Below, piece by piece: positions 12,576 through 27,363 of a stretch of 64,000 bases of DNA. Origin of the DNA: Octopus vulgaris (taxonomy: Eukaryota); assembly GCA_951406725.2 (NCBI GenBank), contig OX597814.1, positions 203,422,001 to 203,486,000 on the forward strand, given 5' to 3'. The notes beneath the pieces are model-generated. The model had not been told where the DNA came from and did no database searches. It was given only the letters and a program-made list of their open reading frames with translations. Made by a program: the position numbers and the translations under genes. Within the stretch, counting starts at the first letter, position 1. The number at the start of each line of letters is the position of its first letter.

Positions 12576-14691
12576 GTAAGTTAATGAGTTCAATTTTTGT
12601 ATCCAGTTTTAGATAACATATCTATTAAAAATTAAAAAATTGCAAAAACTCCAAACATTAACTGCATTCATTCATTCTCACACATACACGCACACTGAAT
12701 ATTAGATTGTTTTTACAATCTTCAGTTAATGATACAAATATCTCTGTGGTGTTCATGCAAATGACATGTAAAAGCACCCATTACACTCTTGGAGTGGTTG
12801 GAGTTAGGAAGGGCATCCAGCCATAGAAAACCATGGCAAATCAGACTGGAGTCTGGTGCATCTCTTCGTCTTGTCAGCCCTGGTCAAACCGTCCAACCCA
12901 TGCCAGCATGGACAATGGACATTAAATGATGATGACGATGATGAATTTTATACAAAAATGTTATTGCGTGTCTGGTAAAGCAACAAAGGTAATTATAATC
13001 ATGATGATGATTATGGCAGCTGTGTTGCAACACCCCAGTATTTGTTATGGCTGTAGTTAATGATGTGGAGGCTGATGTCACCTTTTACTACTACGAATGT
13101 GGCCACCACAAACACAATTATTACTACTATCACTACTAACATGACGACAACCGCTGACATACTCATTGCTAATTTGATACCCTTGACATGATGCAATATT
13201 AAGGCTATGTTGGGTGTGGTGGTAATAATGATGCTGACTATGACAAATGTGTTTACCATCTAACTCATACTCCTCCTTGGCAAGGCATTTTAAACATTTT
13301 TATCAATTGATGGAAGTTTTTCATTAAAAAATTTTCTTCTACTACACAACAGACAATGTGATTGACTAGTTTAACTTTGTGAAGCTAGCTTGGCTAGTAA
13401 ACTTTGTTTAGAATTTTACTTTACTCTGGAGATATGCTTTGACTGAGAAGACCCAGCAAACAAAGTGAGATCATAGCTGTAGCCTATGCCAGTGTCGCAT
13501 AACCAGCTCACTCAAAAGTACCTTTGGATTGTAGGGCGACATGCCATGCTTGAGGTGACCTATTAAGTCAAGTACATCATTAACATCAAAATCAAATCAA
13601 ACCACAATCAAATGGAAATTGTAGTTGTGGCTGATGCCAGCGCCGCCTGTGCTGGTGGCACGTAAAAAGCACCATCCAAACGTGGTTGATGTCAGCCTCC
13701 TCACCCTGACCGTCTCCTGTGCTGGTGGCACATAAAAAGCACCATCTGAATGTGGCTGATGCCAGTGCTGCCTTGACTGGCTTCTGTGCCGGTAGCATGT
13801 AAAAGCACTATCCAAACGTGGACAATGTAAGCCCCATCTGGCCCCTGTGCTGGTGGCACGTAGAAAGCACCTACTATACTCTCAGAGTGGTTGGCGTTAG
13901 GAAGGGCATCCAGCTGTTGAAACACTGCCAGATCAGATTGGAGCCTGGTGCAGCCAGTCAAACCATCCAACCCATGTCAGTATGGAAAAAGTGCTTTCCT
14001 GTATAGTCTCCGAGCAGCAGTTTTGGATGTGAGATTTGGTAGAAAGAAACTGTCTGGAAATTTATAGGAGGTTCCATTCCTGTTTTGAGGTGGTAGATTT
14101 AATCTGGCCCATGAGTACTTTTCACAGAGGTTACTGTGTTGCTAGTGTCTGGATAAGGTCACGGATATGAAGATAACTTCCTCTCTCCTGTCAGTCTTGG
14201 AGACTCTAGAAAAGGTTATAGATGCTGCTGTTTATCATTTGGCTGAGTTGTAAGAAAAATATGGGCTAGATTAATGCACCCTATGCTCTACTTACCTCAA
14301 ATAACTTAAGATGCTTTCTTTAGTCATTAAAAGTTGTTGATCTTAAAGGAAATATCTTTTGATTGTATTTGTCCTTGTTTATGATTGTTGACATTTTAGG
14401 AAATGTAAGGGGTGTGTATGTATAGATCATCATCATCATCATCATCATTTAATGTCTGCTTTCCATGCTGGCATGGGTTGTACAGTTTGACATGGAACTG
14501 GCTAGCAAAGCTGTCCTGACTCTCAGCACCTGAAAAGACAAGCCTGTATGTGTGGAAGATGGTGATTTTGCTTAGCTTGACACGTCTTATCAAGTACAGC
14601 AAATAATCACATCCCCTGGTCCCTTGTCATTTCCTCAGTGAGGCCCAGTGTCTGAAGATCCTTTCTCATATATATATATATGTACATGTGC

Positions 14692-14787
<96 letters not shown>

Positions 14788-17700
14788 GTGTATAATGATG
14801 CAAGACTTTGAACCTCATGAAGGAGCAATAAACGACCAGGATGGGATAACTGGCAAATGTTATGCTTCAGAAGACCTGCCCATCTCATGGCATGGGTTAA
14901 GCAGTTTGACAAGATCTTATGAATTTAAAGTCTGCATTGGGCTTTAATGTCTGTATTGATATGGTTTCTGTACAACTGTGTGCCCTTCCTAACATCGATA
15001 ACGTCAGAGTGATATGTGTTTTTGTTTGTGGCACTAGCTCTAGTGAAGATTGCCTTACATCTTACTAGACTAAGGGCCCAAGATGGCTCCTAAGTGACTC
15101 CTGCTATGAAAATATAACATTTGAAACAAATGTATAAATTCTAGTAACGCTTTTTGATTACAGCTGACACTCAGGAATTAAATGTAATAATAATAATAAT
15201 ATTTTGTACTTTTTAGCATCAATATGTAAATGTCACAACATTCCAGACAGAAAACAAAGGACTTGGATTGATGACTCTTGAAGATGTCCTACCGTAAGTA
15301 ATCTTACTTAGAAACTATTGTTTTTAACCATCATCCTCATTGTTTTAAGTCTACTTTTCCATGCTTCTTTGGGTTGGATAGTCATTATTGCACTTGCAGA
15401 TAGATTGGAGGAGCAATCTCACAGTTTTCATTTTTGGCTTGATTTTTGTGGTTGGATGCTCTTCCTATGACCAACATCTCTATACAGTGCACTGAATGCA
15501 TTATGGCACCAGTAACAGAAGAAATTAGGGATAAGAGCATGACAGATAGCATGCAATGGATAAATGGTAGGGATAAATAAATGTTGATACTAAATTGCAA
15601 GGTGTGGAATATAGCTAGAATCCTTACCTGGGGTGGTCCCCTTAACTCTTTTGATACCAACATGCTTGAGACTACTCCTGATTCTATGATACAAACCTCC
15701 TGTTTTAAAATATTTAACACTTCCCATCAGACTTTCATGTTCATTTATGTTCCCAACTCTAGCTTAATAATACTGAGTGTTTCCTCATTTTTCAATGTGG
15801 TTAAAGCACATGTTTCAAGGTGAGTGAGAGGTCAAGGACGATGAAAAGCTATGTGAACAAATGAAACTATTGCCATTCTTACTCACACAGACAGAATATT
15901 ACAGTGAGATTGAGAAAAGAAGAAAGTGATTGAGTAGACTTAATGGTGGTGAACTGGCAGAAACGTTAGCATGCCGGGTGAAATGCTTAGCGGTATTTCG
16001 TCTGCCGTTACGTTCAGAGTTCAAATTCCGCCGAGGTCGACTTTGCCTTTCATCCTTTCAGGGTTGATAAATTAAGTACCAGTTACGCATTGGGGTCGAT
16101 ATAATCGACTTAATCCGTCTGTCTCTCATTGTTTGTCTCCTCTGTGTTTAGCCCCTTGTGGGTAGTAAAGAAATAGTTATGCAGATATACATGCATGCAT
16201 GTGTGTGTGTGTATCTACTGGTATTTCCCTTCAAACCACTTCTCCATTCTTGTTCTTCACCCTCTCTATTCACCTCTACTCTTATCTCTAACTATCTGCT
16301 ACTCTTTTCTCTCACTTTTATAAACCACCCACTCCTGATCCACTGTCCTTAACTTCCTCACAGATACCACCATTCACTCTGATATAAATGTCAGGTAGCT
16401 ATGTATCTTATCTGTAGCAAGTTGGCGAAATAGCAGAAACGTTAGCACACCAGGCGAAATGCTTAGTAGTATTTCATCTGACTTTATGTTCTGAGCTCAA
16501 ATTCTGCCGAGTTTGACTTTGCCTTTCATCCTTTCAGGGTCAATAAATTAAGTACCATTTACGCACTGGGGTCGATATAATCGATTTAATCCCTTTGTCT
16601 GTCCTTGTTTGTCCCCTCTGTGTTTAGCCCCTTGTGGGCATTGAAGAAATAAGATGCTTGTCCCTGACATAAAAATATCACCTCTCCCTCATCTCAAGTA
16701 CCATCATCGCCACCACTTAGTTGAAGGGCTTTTCCCTTTCTGCCTTTATTTGTCTTCCCCTTTTTTTGTCCTTTCCTCTCTTGCAAGATACTTGGCAACT
16801 CTAGTAGTACTGGTGGCATGAAAAAAAAAAAAACAGCTCCCAGGACACATTATAAAATGGTTGGCATTAGAAGGGCATCCAGCTTTAGAAACCATGCCAA
16901 AGCTGACATGGTACACAATGCAACTCTGTTTCACTGGATCATGTCAAACTGTCCAAAATGGACGTTAAATGATGATGATGATTACATACACACACACGCA
17001 CACCTAACGATACATACTTTAGTATACATTTAATAAATGTAATTTTGAAGATTTAAAAAAAAAAGAATTGGGTGTGATTGTTTCCAAAGCAAGCTGGCCT
17101 CCGTGCCAATGGCACATAAAAAGCACCATTTGAGCATGGCCATTGCCAGTACCGCCTGACTGGCCCTTGTGCCGGTGGCACGTAAAACACCTACAACACT
17201 CTCGGAGTGGTTGGCATTAGGAACGGCATCCAGCTGTAGAAACTCTGCCAGATCAGATTGGAGTCTGGTGCAGCCATATGGTTCGCCAGACCTCGGTTAA
17301 ATCGCCCAACCCATGCTAGCATGGAAAGCAGACGTTAAATGATGATGATGCTGATATTCCTTTAAACAGTTTTTTTAGTTCTATCAAAGCAATTAATCTT
17401 TTGTTTACTTTCTTTTGTAGGCATACATTTGTCATGGAGTATGTTGGAGAAGTTCTTGACTATAAGCAGTTCAAGAATCGGACAAAGCAGTATGCTAAAA
17501 ATGGCCAGGAGCATTATTATTTCATGTCCCTGAATGCTGATGAAGTGATTGATGCCACATACAGAGGAAATAAATCTCGTTTTATTAATCATAGCTGTGA
17601 TCCAAATTGTGAAACTCAAAAGGTGAGTTTGTGAGAAGGAACTGGTTTTTTTTTTCCTATACTTCCTCTATGTTAGCATAAGTCTTGTAATTTGTCAGAA

Positions 17701-20700
17701 TTGATCATATGCATACTATTATAACAGTTTGTTTTTACAGCCATATGTTGTTCCTTATGCAAACTGCTTGGTGTTAAATCAGGGTGCAGCCTCTTTGTAA
17801 ACCAAGTAAACTGGAGCAAACAGTGTTATGTGCCTTGTCCACAATCATTACACATTGGCTACTGTGAGGTTTGACTCGTGGCAGATTAATTGATTTCATT
17901 TTCATTTGATAGGTGCTGGCATGGCTGTGTGGTTGAGAAGTTTACTTCCCTACCAAATGGTTTCTGGTTCAGTCCCACTGCATAGTACCTTCAGCAGGTG
18001 TTCTTCTACTATAGCCCTGTTTTGGAAGTTGATTTGGTGGAGAGAAACACCTCAGATCTTTTGTAATCTTATAGAAATTCAAACTAATATTTAGTTAAAT
18101 CAGTTTGACTTTGTTTCACTGTACATTCGTTATAAATAGAAATTTTCATATATTATCTGCAAAATCAATTGTAATGCTCAGCTTATTTATTTATTTTTTC
18201 TTTAGTGGACAGTAAATGGAATGCTGCGAATTGGATTTTTCACCAAAACGTTTATTAGTGCTGGGCAGGAGATGACATTTGATTATCAGTTTGAAAGGTA
18301 AATCTGATATCTAGGTATATTATTTCATTCCTTTGTTACACTACTTAACAAGAGAGTTAACCTGACATATGATGGAGCTAAAGCTTTGATATTAAGCTAG
18401 TACTTTTATCTATTAAAGTCAAGTATGTGTTTCAGTTTTATTATTTAATCAAATATATTACAGTATTATTAAGTAACAAGATCGTTTGACATAAGATCTG
18501 GCTACTGATGCCCTACTCCATTGTATTTAATATTCTTTATTAAATTTTTTTTTAAATATTTTTTTTTGAAGTTCATGAATAATAGAACAAGTAGAAAGAT
18601 ATATTTTTCAACACATAAATACTGAACAGTATATATAAAGGATAAAATCTTTTTAAGAGCAGAAAAATTTGCTGGCAAATTTTTCTGCTCTTAAAAAGAT
18701 TTTATCCTTTATATATACTGTTCAGTATTTACTTGTTGAAAAAAATCTTTCAACTTTCTTTGTTGTAATCATGGTTCTCATAAATGACCACATCTTGATA
18801 GTTTAACATCGACTTAGATCTTTTCTTTTTAAATTCCAAATATATGAATAGTTAGAAAAGTCTTTCAGTGGCATTTTATATTATTTGTGCAGCAAACAAG
18901 CACAAAAATGTCACTGTGGCTCAAGTTGTTGTCGAGGAACAATAGGTGGTAAGAAGAAGTCTACAGTGAAATCCAAGAAGAAAAGTGTTTCCTCAGAAAA
19001 GAAAAAGAAAGAGTTTGAAGATGAATCTGTGAGTTTACTAATTCAAAATATTGTGCTATATTCCACTTTAAAAAATTGTTCTGTTGGATAATTATGGCCA
19101 AGATGATTTCAGAAATAAAAGCTTTTGGTCAAATTACTTAATCTTTTCGTAAAATACCACTTCTCTGATTTATTTCTAATTTGTTACTGGAATATGGGTA
19201 GTCTGGTTTTTTATTTTCCTTTTCTTTATCATAACATTTTTGCTTATAAATAACCAAATAAGTGGTATAACTTAAAGATTAGGAATACATTTGACATTCT
19301 TTAAAAATTAAAATGAAATAATGAATTATTTTATACTAATTTGTTCTCATTTTAATTGGCTAGCCATTTAGTTACAGAGCTTGGTTTGTTGCCTAAAAGC
19401 TGCCCTTGCAATCTCGGCTTATCTATATAGATTGGTTAATGCTTTATAATGTGATTCAAGCAATTCTATCAGAGCCATTAACTCAATTAATTTTATTTGG
19501 ATTTTTGGTACTAATCATGCTTCTAAGTTAAAATATTAATGCTGCTGTGGATATTTAAAAACTCTTAAAATTAATTCACTATTTTTTTTTGGTTTATATT
19601 GTTCTAAAAGCTTCTCTGTAAGCTTTTGTTTAGGTCCCAAGTTCTATTCTACTTTATTATTAGACACAAATATATATGTTATAGATTACAAGGAAGAATA
19701 TTTTTTTATTATTATTTTGGTTTTTATCAGAAACAAAATTTTTATTTTCTAATTTTACCAATGATTTTGATCTGGCCATCCACCAATTGCACAGGTCTTT
19801 AATAATTAAAAATCAACATCACAGATTCTGTCACTGATCAAATATGTTAATTAGCCAAGTACAAAAATATAGGTTGGAGATATAAAATTCTGACTTAAAA
19901 GTTCTAAGTTTCCTTTTGGATACCCTTTTTGTTTGCTTTTCTTTGTTTTTGAAAATTCTAATTTCTGTTTACATTTTCATTCCATTTTTCCTCTTTTTTT
20001 TTTTTTTTGCAATTGAAATTTTCAAATTATTTTTATCATGTCTGGCAAAATTTATTATCTGTTAATTCTTTTTGTAAATTGAATTTTTAAAACCTTTTCT
20101 AAAACAAAAGGTTTTCTAATTTTGTAACTTGAAAAAAAAAAAAGTATTTTATTTTCTTCAAGTTCTGAATTCTAGAACTTTATTTTATTTTACAATGTTC
20201 TGTAACCATGGCTTTCTTCAAATCTAACACTGACAGTGTAGCATCTTATGAAATTTTATGTAGAATGTAATTGATATATTGATTATTGGAATAATATATT
20301 TAAGTGACAACTTAACTGAAATTCATTTTGATGGCTAGTGGAAATAATATTTGTCCAATAAAAGGACTTCTATTGCTTTTTCTTAGCCAAAGTTTCGTCA
20401 AAACTATATTATTTCATAAAGGCTTAATTAGCTTTGTAGTTGTTAAAAAGAAATTATACATGTTTTACCACTAAGTTTAAAATGAGAAAAGAATTAGAAT
20501 AAGAGCATAGTGTTGAGGATATACGTATTTTGTATCTATTGTCTTTGAACTAAAAATACTTAACTCGAATTCTTGCTTTTTTGAGTTGTATAACCAAATT
20601 CCTCTAAATATCTTGAAGTCAGCTGTTCCATCATATGCCTGAAATCAGTTGTTGGAATTCTGTAGAAAGCCTGTGATACTGGAATGGAATTTTCAAAACC

Positions 20701-21112
20701 TTTTCCCCTGACCCTATTTCCAGAATATCCTAAAGCTCAATAAGCAATGGAACAACATGTCGCAGAGTGATGATGATGGTGATGACGGTGACGACAATGG
20801 TGGTGACAACGGTGATGAGGAGGACGACGGCGATGACGAACAAGGCGCCGTTAAGAAGCAACCAGATGGCCAGATAAAACTACTCATGGTAAAATTAGAA
20901 ACTAACCTCCTGCTAGTATTCAGACTAGGCAACAAACTACAGCAGCAGATGTGTCATGTGTCACTAACCATCTGTAGGCTATGATACCTAAATTTCAGGG
21001 GTTCGTTCGCCACCCTTAACCCCCATATAATGTTCAGTCCCTTCCCCAGCTTTCGTTTACTTTTTATATAAAGTGAAAAACTATCAGCTTCTTTGCATTT
21101 CTATTTTCACTT

Positions 21113-21145
<33 letters not shown>

Positions 21146-24100
21146 TTCACTCTATCTTTTCTCTCTCACACACATACATATACATTACTCACACATTACT
21201 GCATATCTAAAAATCTGACTTTAATTATACTAAGTCTTTAAATAATCATGCATGTTGACAGCATTTATACATATTTTCAGTGTATGTATTTATGTGTGTG
21301 TGTTTGTGTGTGTTTATAGACACACAAACACACCCAGATACTTATTGATGTCTATTTGTATGTATTAATTGTTGGATGTTTTCTGTTTTATTAATTTACG
21401 TTTCACATTATCTACTGTCATTTCTACTTTCAGTGTTTTAATTAGTATCCAATTTATTAGAGCACTTTATTAAATTATAATTTTTATTACTTGATTTTGA
21501 GATTCATCATAAATTACTAATAGTTAACATTTTCAAAATCAAAGAAAATGAAGACATTTTAGTAAGATGTTTTTTTCAATTAATCTATTATCCAATTAAT
21601 TAGTTTTATATATAGCCCAAGATTGAATTTTGTTGGGGCTGGTTAATTATTGCCTTAAAGTTGCATTATTGTAGCTTTAATATATTATTATAATTATGGA
21701 GGCAGATATGTTGCATTACCATATATAAATCTCATCATTTAACATATTTTCCATGCTGGTGTGAGGCAGATAGTTCAGTAGGATCCAACAATCCGGAGGA
21801 CTGTGCCAAGCTCTACTATCTGCTTTGGGATGGTTTCTACAGTTAAATGCCTTTCCCAATGCCAACCACTTTAAAGTATACTGGATGCTATTTATGTGAC
21901 GCCAGCACAAGTGAGGTTACCATGTAATAACTCACAAAACTAAGATTCCGCTTGACTAGTATCATAGAGTAGGAGGTAGCTTTGTGCTAGATGTTCAGAA
22001 ATTAAAATATGGTAAGGCAAGAACTAAGTTTTTTGTTGTAGAGGAGATACATAGCTATATGAGGGTGAATGCAGGTAATTGGTGGAGCTGAAAAGAAACT
22101 TAAAGATGATGAGTTGTTAGAGCGTACCCTCAAAGTACAAGAAGGTGACTAGAAGGGAGTGTGGGGATAGAAGATTAGAAGGAGGGGATAAATCTCTGCC
22201 TCACAATTCTGAGGGCCAAAACTTCCTTCTTTATTTTACAGACCATGCCAGAGTGCAAAATAACTGCTGGTAAGATAATGGTTGGCATCAGTACAGGCTT
22301 TCCTCTTTCTTCCTTCTTAGAATATAGTCCTCTATGTAACCAAAAGAGATAATTATCATCTGTGAAGTGGTTTGTGTTGTGGTGAACTGAGCCTGTTTCC
22401 TCTACCATATATCTTTCAATTTCCTTCCTTCTCTCCTATCTTAACAAATATAAGGTTTAAAACCTCTCCAAGAAACCATTGTTATTGTTAGAGATATTGT
22501 GGTGGGGTTGTCAAGCTTTTGGGAAATGAATTTCTCCACCTGAGGCATTTCGTATATTTTGCAAGAACATTGCCAATTTCTTTGTACTTTTTGTTTGCTG
22601 AATTAAGAAAATATTTTCTCTGCTACACTCGTAAAGTATTTTGTCAATATTCTGTTTTAAACTATCCGCTCAATTAAAACAAAAAAAATTCTTTTTTGTC
22701 TCTTGTTTTTGTCTCTGTTATAAAAGTGAATAAATGCTGTCTGATGCTAATGTGTTAATTTATTTTTAAAATAGTTTTCTTGCATTGTAATGATATTCAG
22801 TTTCCCTAGGAAAATTTTCTTTTGTTTTATATAACTTTATATCTATCTTCATGTACATATATATAATATATACAAACACTTATATACATAAAAACTAGAT
22901 TCCTATGAATTTTCCACTTTTTTTAATGATAAAAAATTTTTTTTTAGATCACGTTTAGTGTGATAACTATATTACCTTACCTAATTTCATTAACTTAGCT
23001 CTCTTTCTGCCATCAGGCTTATTGATTTGATTGCAAATCCACAAAATGCCTTTCTGTGTTGCCTTAATATCTTCTTGCCTTAAGGCAAATTATCTGAGTT
23101 TCATTTTGTTTTTCCATTTATAATACTATAGAAAATCTACATTTTAAATGCCTTTCTTTTTCATTTTTCCTTTTCTCTATATCCTGATTTTGCTTTTAGT
23201 TGGAAGAAGAAATGGAACGAATGTCCCAGTTGGAAGGATTAAAGAATAAAGAACATGTACTTAACCTGTGCAGGTTAATGGTTAGAGCAGAAAGTAATGA
23301 CCATCGATTGTCCATATTGCGCATATTGCAGGTAGGTGAATCAGACTTTAAACCTTGTCACAAAAACCAGTCTTGTTTCCAGTAAAAATGGATTTATTTT
23401 ATATATTGTACAACACTCCATCACCATCTTCATTAAATGTCCACTTTTCCATGCTTGCATGGGTTTGATGAAACTCATTGAAGCAGATTTTCTACAGTTG
23501 GATGTTCTTATCATGAAACCGTACCTGTTCCAAGCAAGGTAATATTTTCCCTCGTCCTTTGAACATGAACAATAGCAAGTCATGTTTCATGGAAGATTGC
23601 AGACGAATAACACCATTTCCCCAAGGTGTGGATGGTTCTATGACCAGTAGTTTTGTTTATAGTGTACAAATATCAAGACCTTGGGACACAAACACAGACA
23701 TAGACACACATACATACGTACATTCACACACACACACACACACACCTGGCTTTTTGGTTTCCATTTAACATACTCTCTCATAAGGCATTGGTCAACTCTT
23801 GGCAGTTACCCTAGCTGCAATACAGTGGTATTGAACGCAGAGCCATGTAGCTGTAAAGCAAGCCTCTTGGCCACACAGCCTTGTCTTATGTCAGTTGTTG
23901 CTGCTACAAAAAAATTATGAAGTAAAATGGATTCTATCATGATATCATATTTTCTGAATTTTTATCTATAAATAATCTGTCTTTCATTTTGATCTGTTTC
24001 TGTTTCATTCAACTTTTTTTCCTCCTTTCTCATTCTTAGGGCACAAATGAGCAGGCTTGTTTGCGTCTATTCTTGGACTATCATGGCCTACCTTTACTGT

Positions 24101-26714
24101 GGAGCTGGATGGCTGATATTGGTGATGGGGCTCCCTATTTAAAATTACAGGTATTATTTGCTGTTTATAGCTATAAATATATTTTTATATTATATGTAAT
24201 GGGTTCTAATAAGCATTGCAATAATATGAAACCCTTTTATTTCTTTTGTAGATCTTGGACACTTTGAAGATGCTTCCCATAACTAACAAGACAATTCTGC
24301 AAGAAAGTAAAATTTTACCTATGGTTTTAAAATGGGCTACTGAACTTAAATTGACGGCAGATCCCGAAATTGAAACAGAACAAAGCAATGATAATTCGTC
24401 ACAAGCTGGCACTCCTTCATCAGTGGCAAGTCGAGATGAACGACCACCGAAGAAGAAGGTTAAATTTGCTGACGAAACTAGTTCGGACAGTGAAATGTCA
24501 GAGTGTAGCCGGTTGAGCGGCATGATATATGTCAATGAACCTACAACTAAAAATGGACTGAATGAAGTTGCCGACAGCTCTGATATGACATATACAGATT
24601 ATTCTACCCCAGGAGGAAATTTGTACATAGACGATTTAGATGAAACCAGATCTTCTAAATCACCTTCTAGTGGAGTGCCTAAAAGTGGAATTCTTATTAA
24701 ACCAGAACTGCAAAAAGAGTTATCAAGTGAATCTTCCTCTTCACCTGTTGTTGACGACAAAATCCAGTCTAATGAGGCTGAATCTTCCTCTCCAGATATA
24801 CTTGAGAAATCAACGAAAGAAAAGTCAGAAGACGATACTTTAACAAAAGACGATGACAGCAGCAATGAGGTCAAGGTAGCAGCGGACGAGAAGAACTTTG
24901 ATTCAAGCAAGTTGTCATCAGTGGTTTCTCTCGCCACTGACCTACTCAAGCACTGGAGTGATTTAAAGGTAACACTTTAAGTAAACATTTAAAAGAACTT
25001 GTTTTAATGTTACATCACAGGCATGGTTGTTTGGAGAAATAGGCATGGCTGTATGGTTAAAAAGTTTGCTTCCTGACTATACGGTTTGGTTTCAGTCCAG
25101 CAGCAGAGTACATAGGGCAAGTCACTTCTACCACAACCTTGGGCCAATCAAAGCTTTGTCTGAAACTGAAAGAAGCCTATTGTGTATAGTTGTGTGTGTG
25201 TGCATGCACCTGTATATGTGTGTTGACGTTCGCACTCTATAAAAGTTGCTGACTGTGAGCAATTTTGTTGTCGCTTCTTTCAACTAATTGTCCACTCACT
25301 TCATTCCTATGAAGATGTATGAAACAGGAGGTCCTTTATTTGAAAAACAGATAAAGGTTGGCAACAGGAGGACAGCCAGCTAAAAGGATACTGATCTAAC
25401 CCATGAAATGGGGGGAAATTGAGAATAGAAACAAACGAAGTTCAGTGGCTAAAAGGTACTATGTAAACAGATTATTCTTATTAAGGAAAAAAACCCAAGG
25501 TGATGAGCTGGAGGAATTGTTAGCATATTAAACAAACTGTTTGGCAGCCTTTCTTCCACCTCTTTCTATTCTATGTTCAGATGCCACCAAGGTCAACTTT
25601 GCTTTTCATCCCCTTGGGATCAATAAAAGAAGTACTAGTTCAGTACTTGGGTTGGTGTAATCGACTAGCCCCTCCCCTGAAATTTCAGGCCTTATGCCTA
25701 TAGTAGAAATAATTGTTAATAATAAATGTATTGTGTGTGTGTGTGTGAATGTCTGTAATCTATAAATGAACTTGTATGTATAGGAGATCCATCCTGTAAC
25801 ATTCTGAAAGAAGCTCATGTACTCCGTTGCTTGTGCTATTAACTTCTACATCAAGCTAACAAAAGAGCATCTTTGTAGGTGCGTAATTTGCTAAAGAATA
25901 GCAGCTGAGTTCCCTTGAAACCACACCTTGCAAGTTTAAAATAAGAAGGACACATCAAATAATGTAGCCCTAGATACATTGAATTGAAAATAAAATGGGG
26001 CTAATCATTGCAGGGTTTCTTTGATCAGGGCCGACCTTGACCAAACAGACTTCTGTATCATCATTTCACAATCTATGCCCCATGCTGATAAAGAAACTTA
26101 TGCATTTTCTTTATATGTGCATAATGTTTGGAACTGAATGCAGCTTGTTTTTGAAAAGCAACAATTATTTTTACTAATTAGGTGTAAGAGAGTAGTTTGT
26201 TTATTTAGTCACTGGACTTATGTTAGTAAGTCAAATGTGTTTGTACACATGTACATAGTTGTGTGTGTGTTGAATTATTTTTGAAGCTGAAAATATTTAT
26301 TCAGGAGTTTGAGTTTTGGTGTTTAACACTTTATAAGCATTTGAAATGTGGTGCACACAAGGCTCAAGGCTTTGAGCCACACCTGGGGTGTTCCCAGCTT
26401 CAAAAATAATAAATCATTTAAACTCCGTGTTGTGAGCTATTTTTTTTGTTGTAAACCCATACACACCCACACAAAAATACTTAATGTCTTTTTGTTTTTT
26501 TTTAACAGGAAGTTTTCAAAATCCCAAAGAAAGAAAAGGTTGAAGAGCGGAAAAGAACAGAAAGAGAATTAGGCAAGTTTATAACTTTTAATTGTAATTA
26601 AACTGATTGCTTCTCAGCAAATATTCAGCTTTTTTATTTTCTATTTTAAATACATATATCTTTTGTATTCAAAACTGTAATTGTTCTTTTCCTTCCTTCA
26701 AACAAGTAAATTAT

Positions 26715-26757
<43 letters not shown>

Positions 26758-27298
26758 TATATATATATATATATTGAAGCTATATTTCCTAAGTTATGTT
26801 TAAGATTGAGTGTGGAGTTTGTTTTTGCATTGCTTTATCATGTTGATATTTTTATATTTTTTACAGAAAGAGATCGTAAGCGTAGATATGAGGCATCACC
26901 TGATAAAAATCATAATCGATTTAGAACACGCTCAGATCGAAGGCGGGATGATGTTCAAGAATTGCTCAATCCCAATAGGCCTAGGTATTTTGTTTTATTT
27001 CTTGTATTCAATTTAATGTCATTTGTAGTATGAGCCTTTAAATCTGGGATGGGTGTCGAATTGTGAAATTTAATTCACAGGGAATTTTATTTCTGTAATA
27101 ATCATCTAATTTTGGCACAAGGCCAGCAGTTGTGTGGGGAGCTGCAGATCTATTACATTGACTTCAGTACTTTACTGATAGTTTATTTTATCAGCCCCAA
27201 AAACATAAATGCTAAGTTTATCTTCATGGGTTTTGAACTCAGAAGAAATGCTGCTATGCATTTTGTCCAATGCACTACTGATTCTGCCAGCTCACCAC

Positions 27299-27363
<65 letters not shown>

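Noticed and set aside
18490-18505. AG-ATCTGG as the missing 6-nt microexon (would encode R-S-G)
   Set aside because: It is followed by CT rather than a GT/GC donor, has no pyrimidine tract, and would not restore the Tyr.
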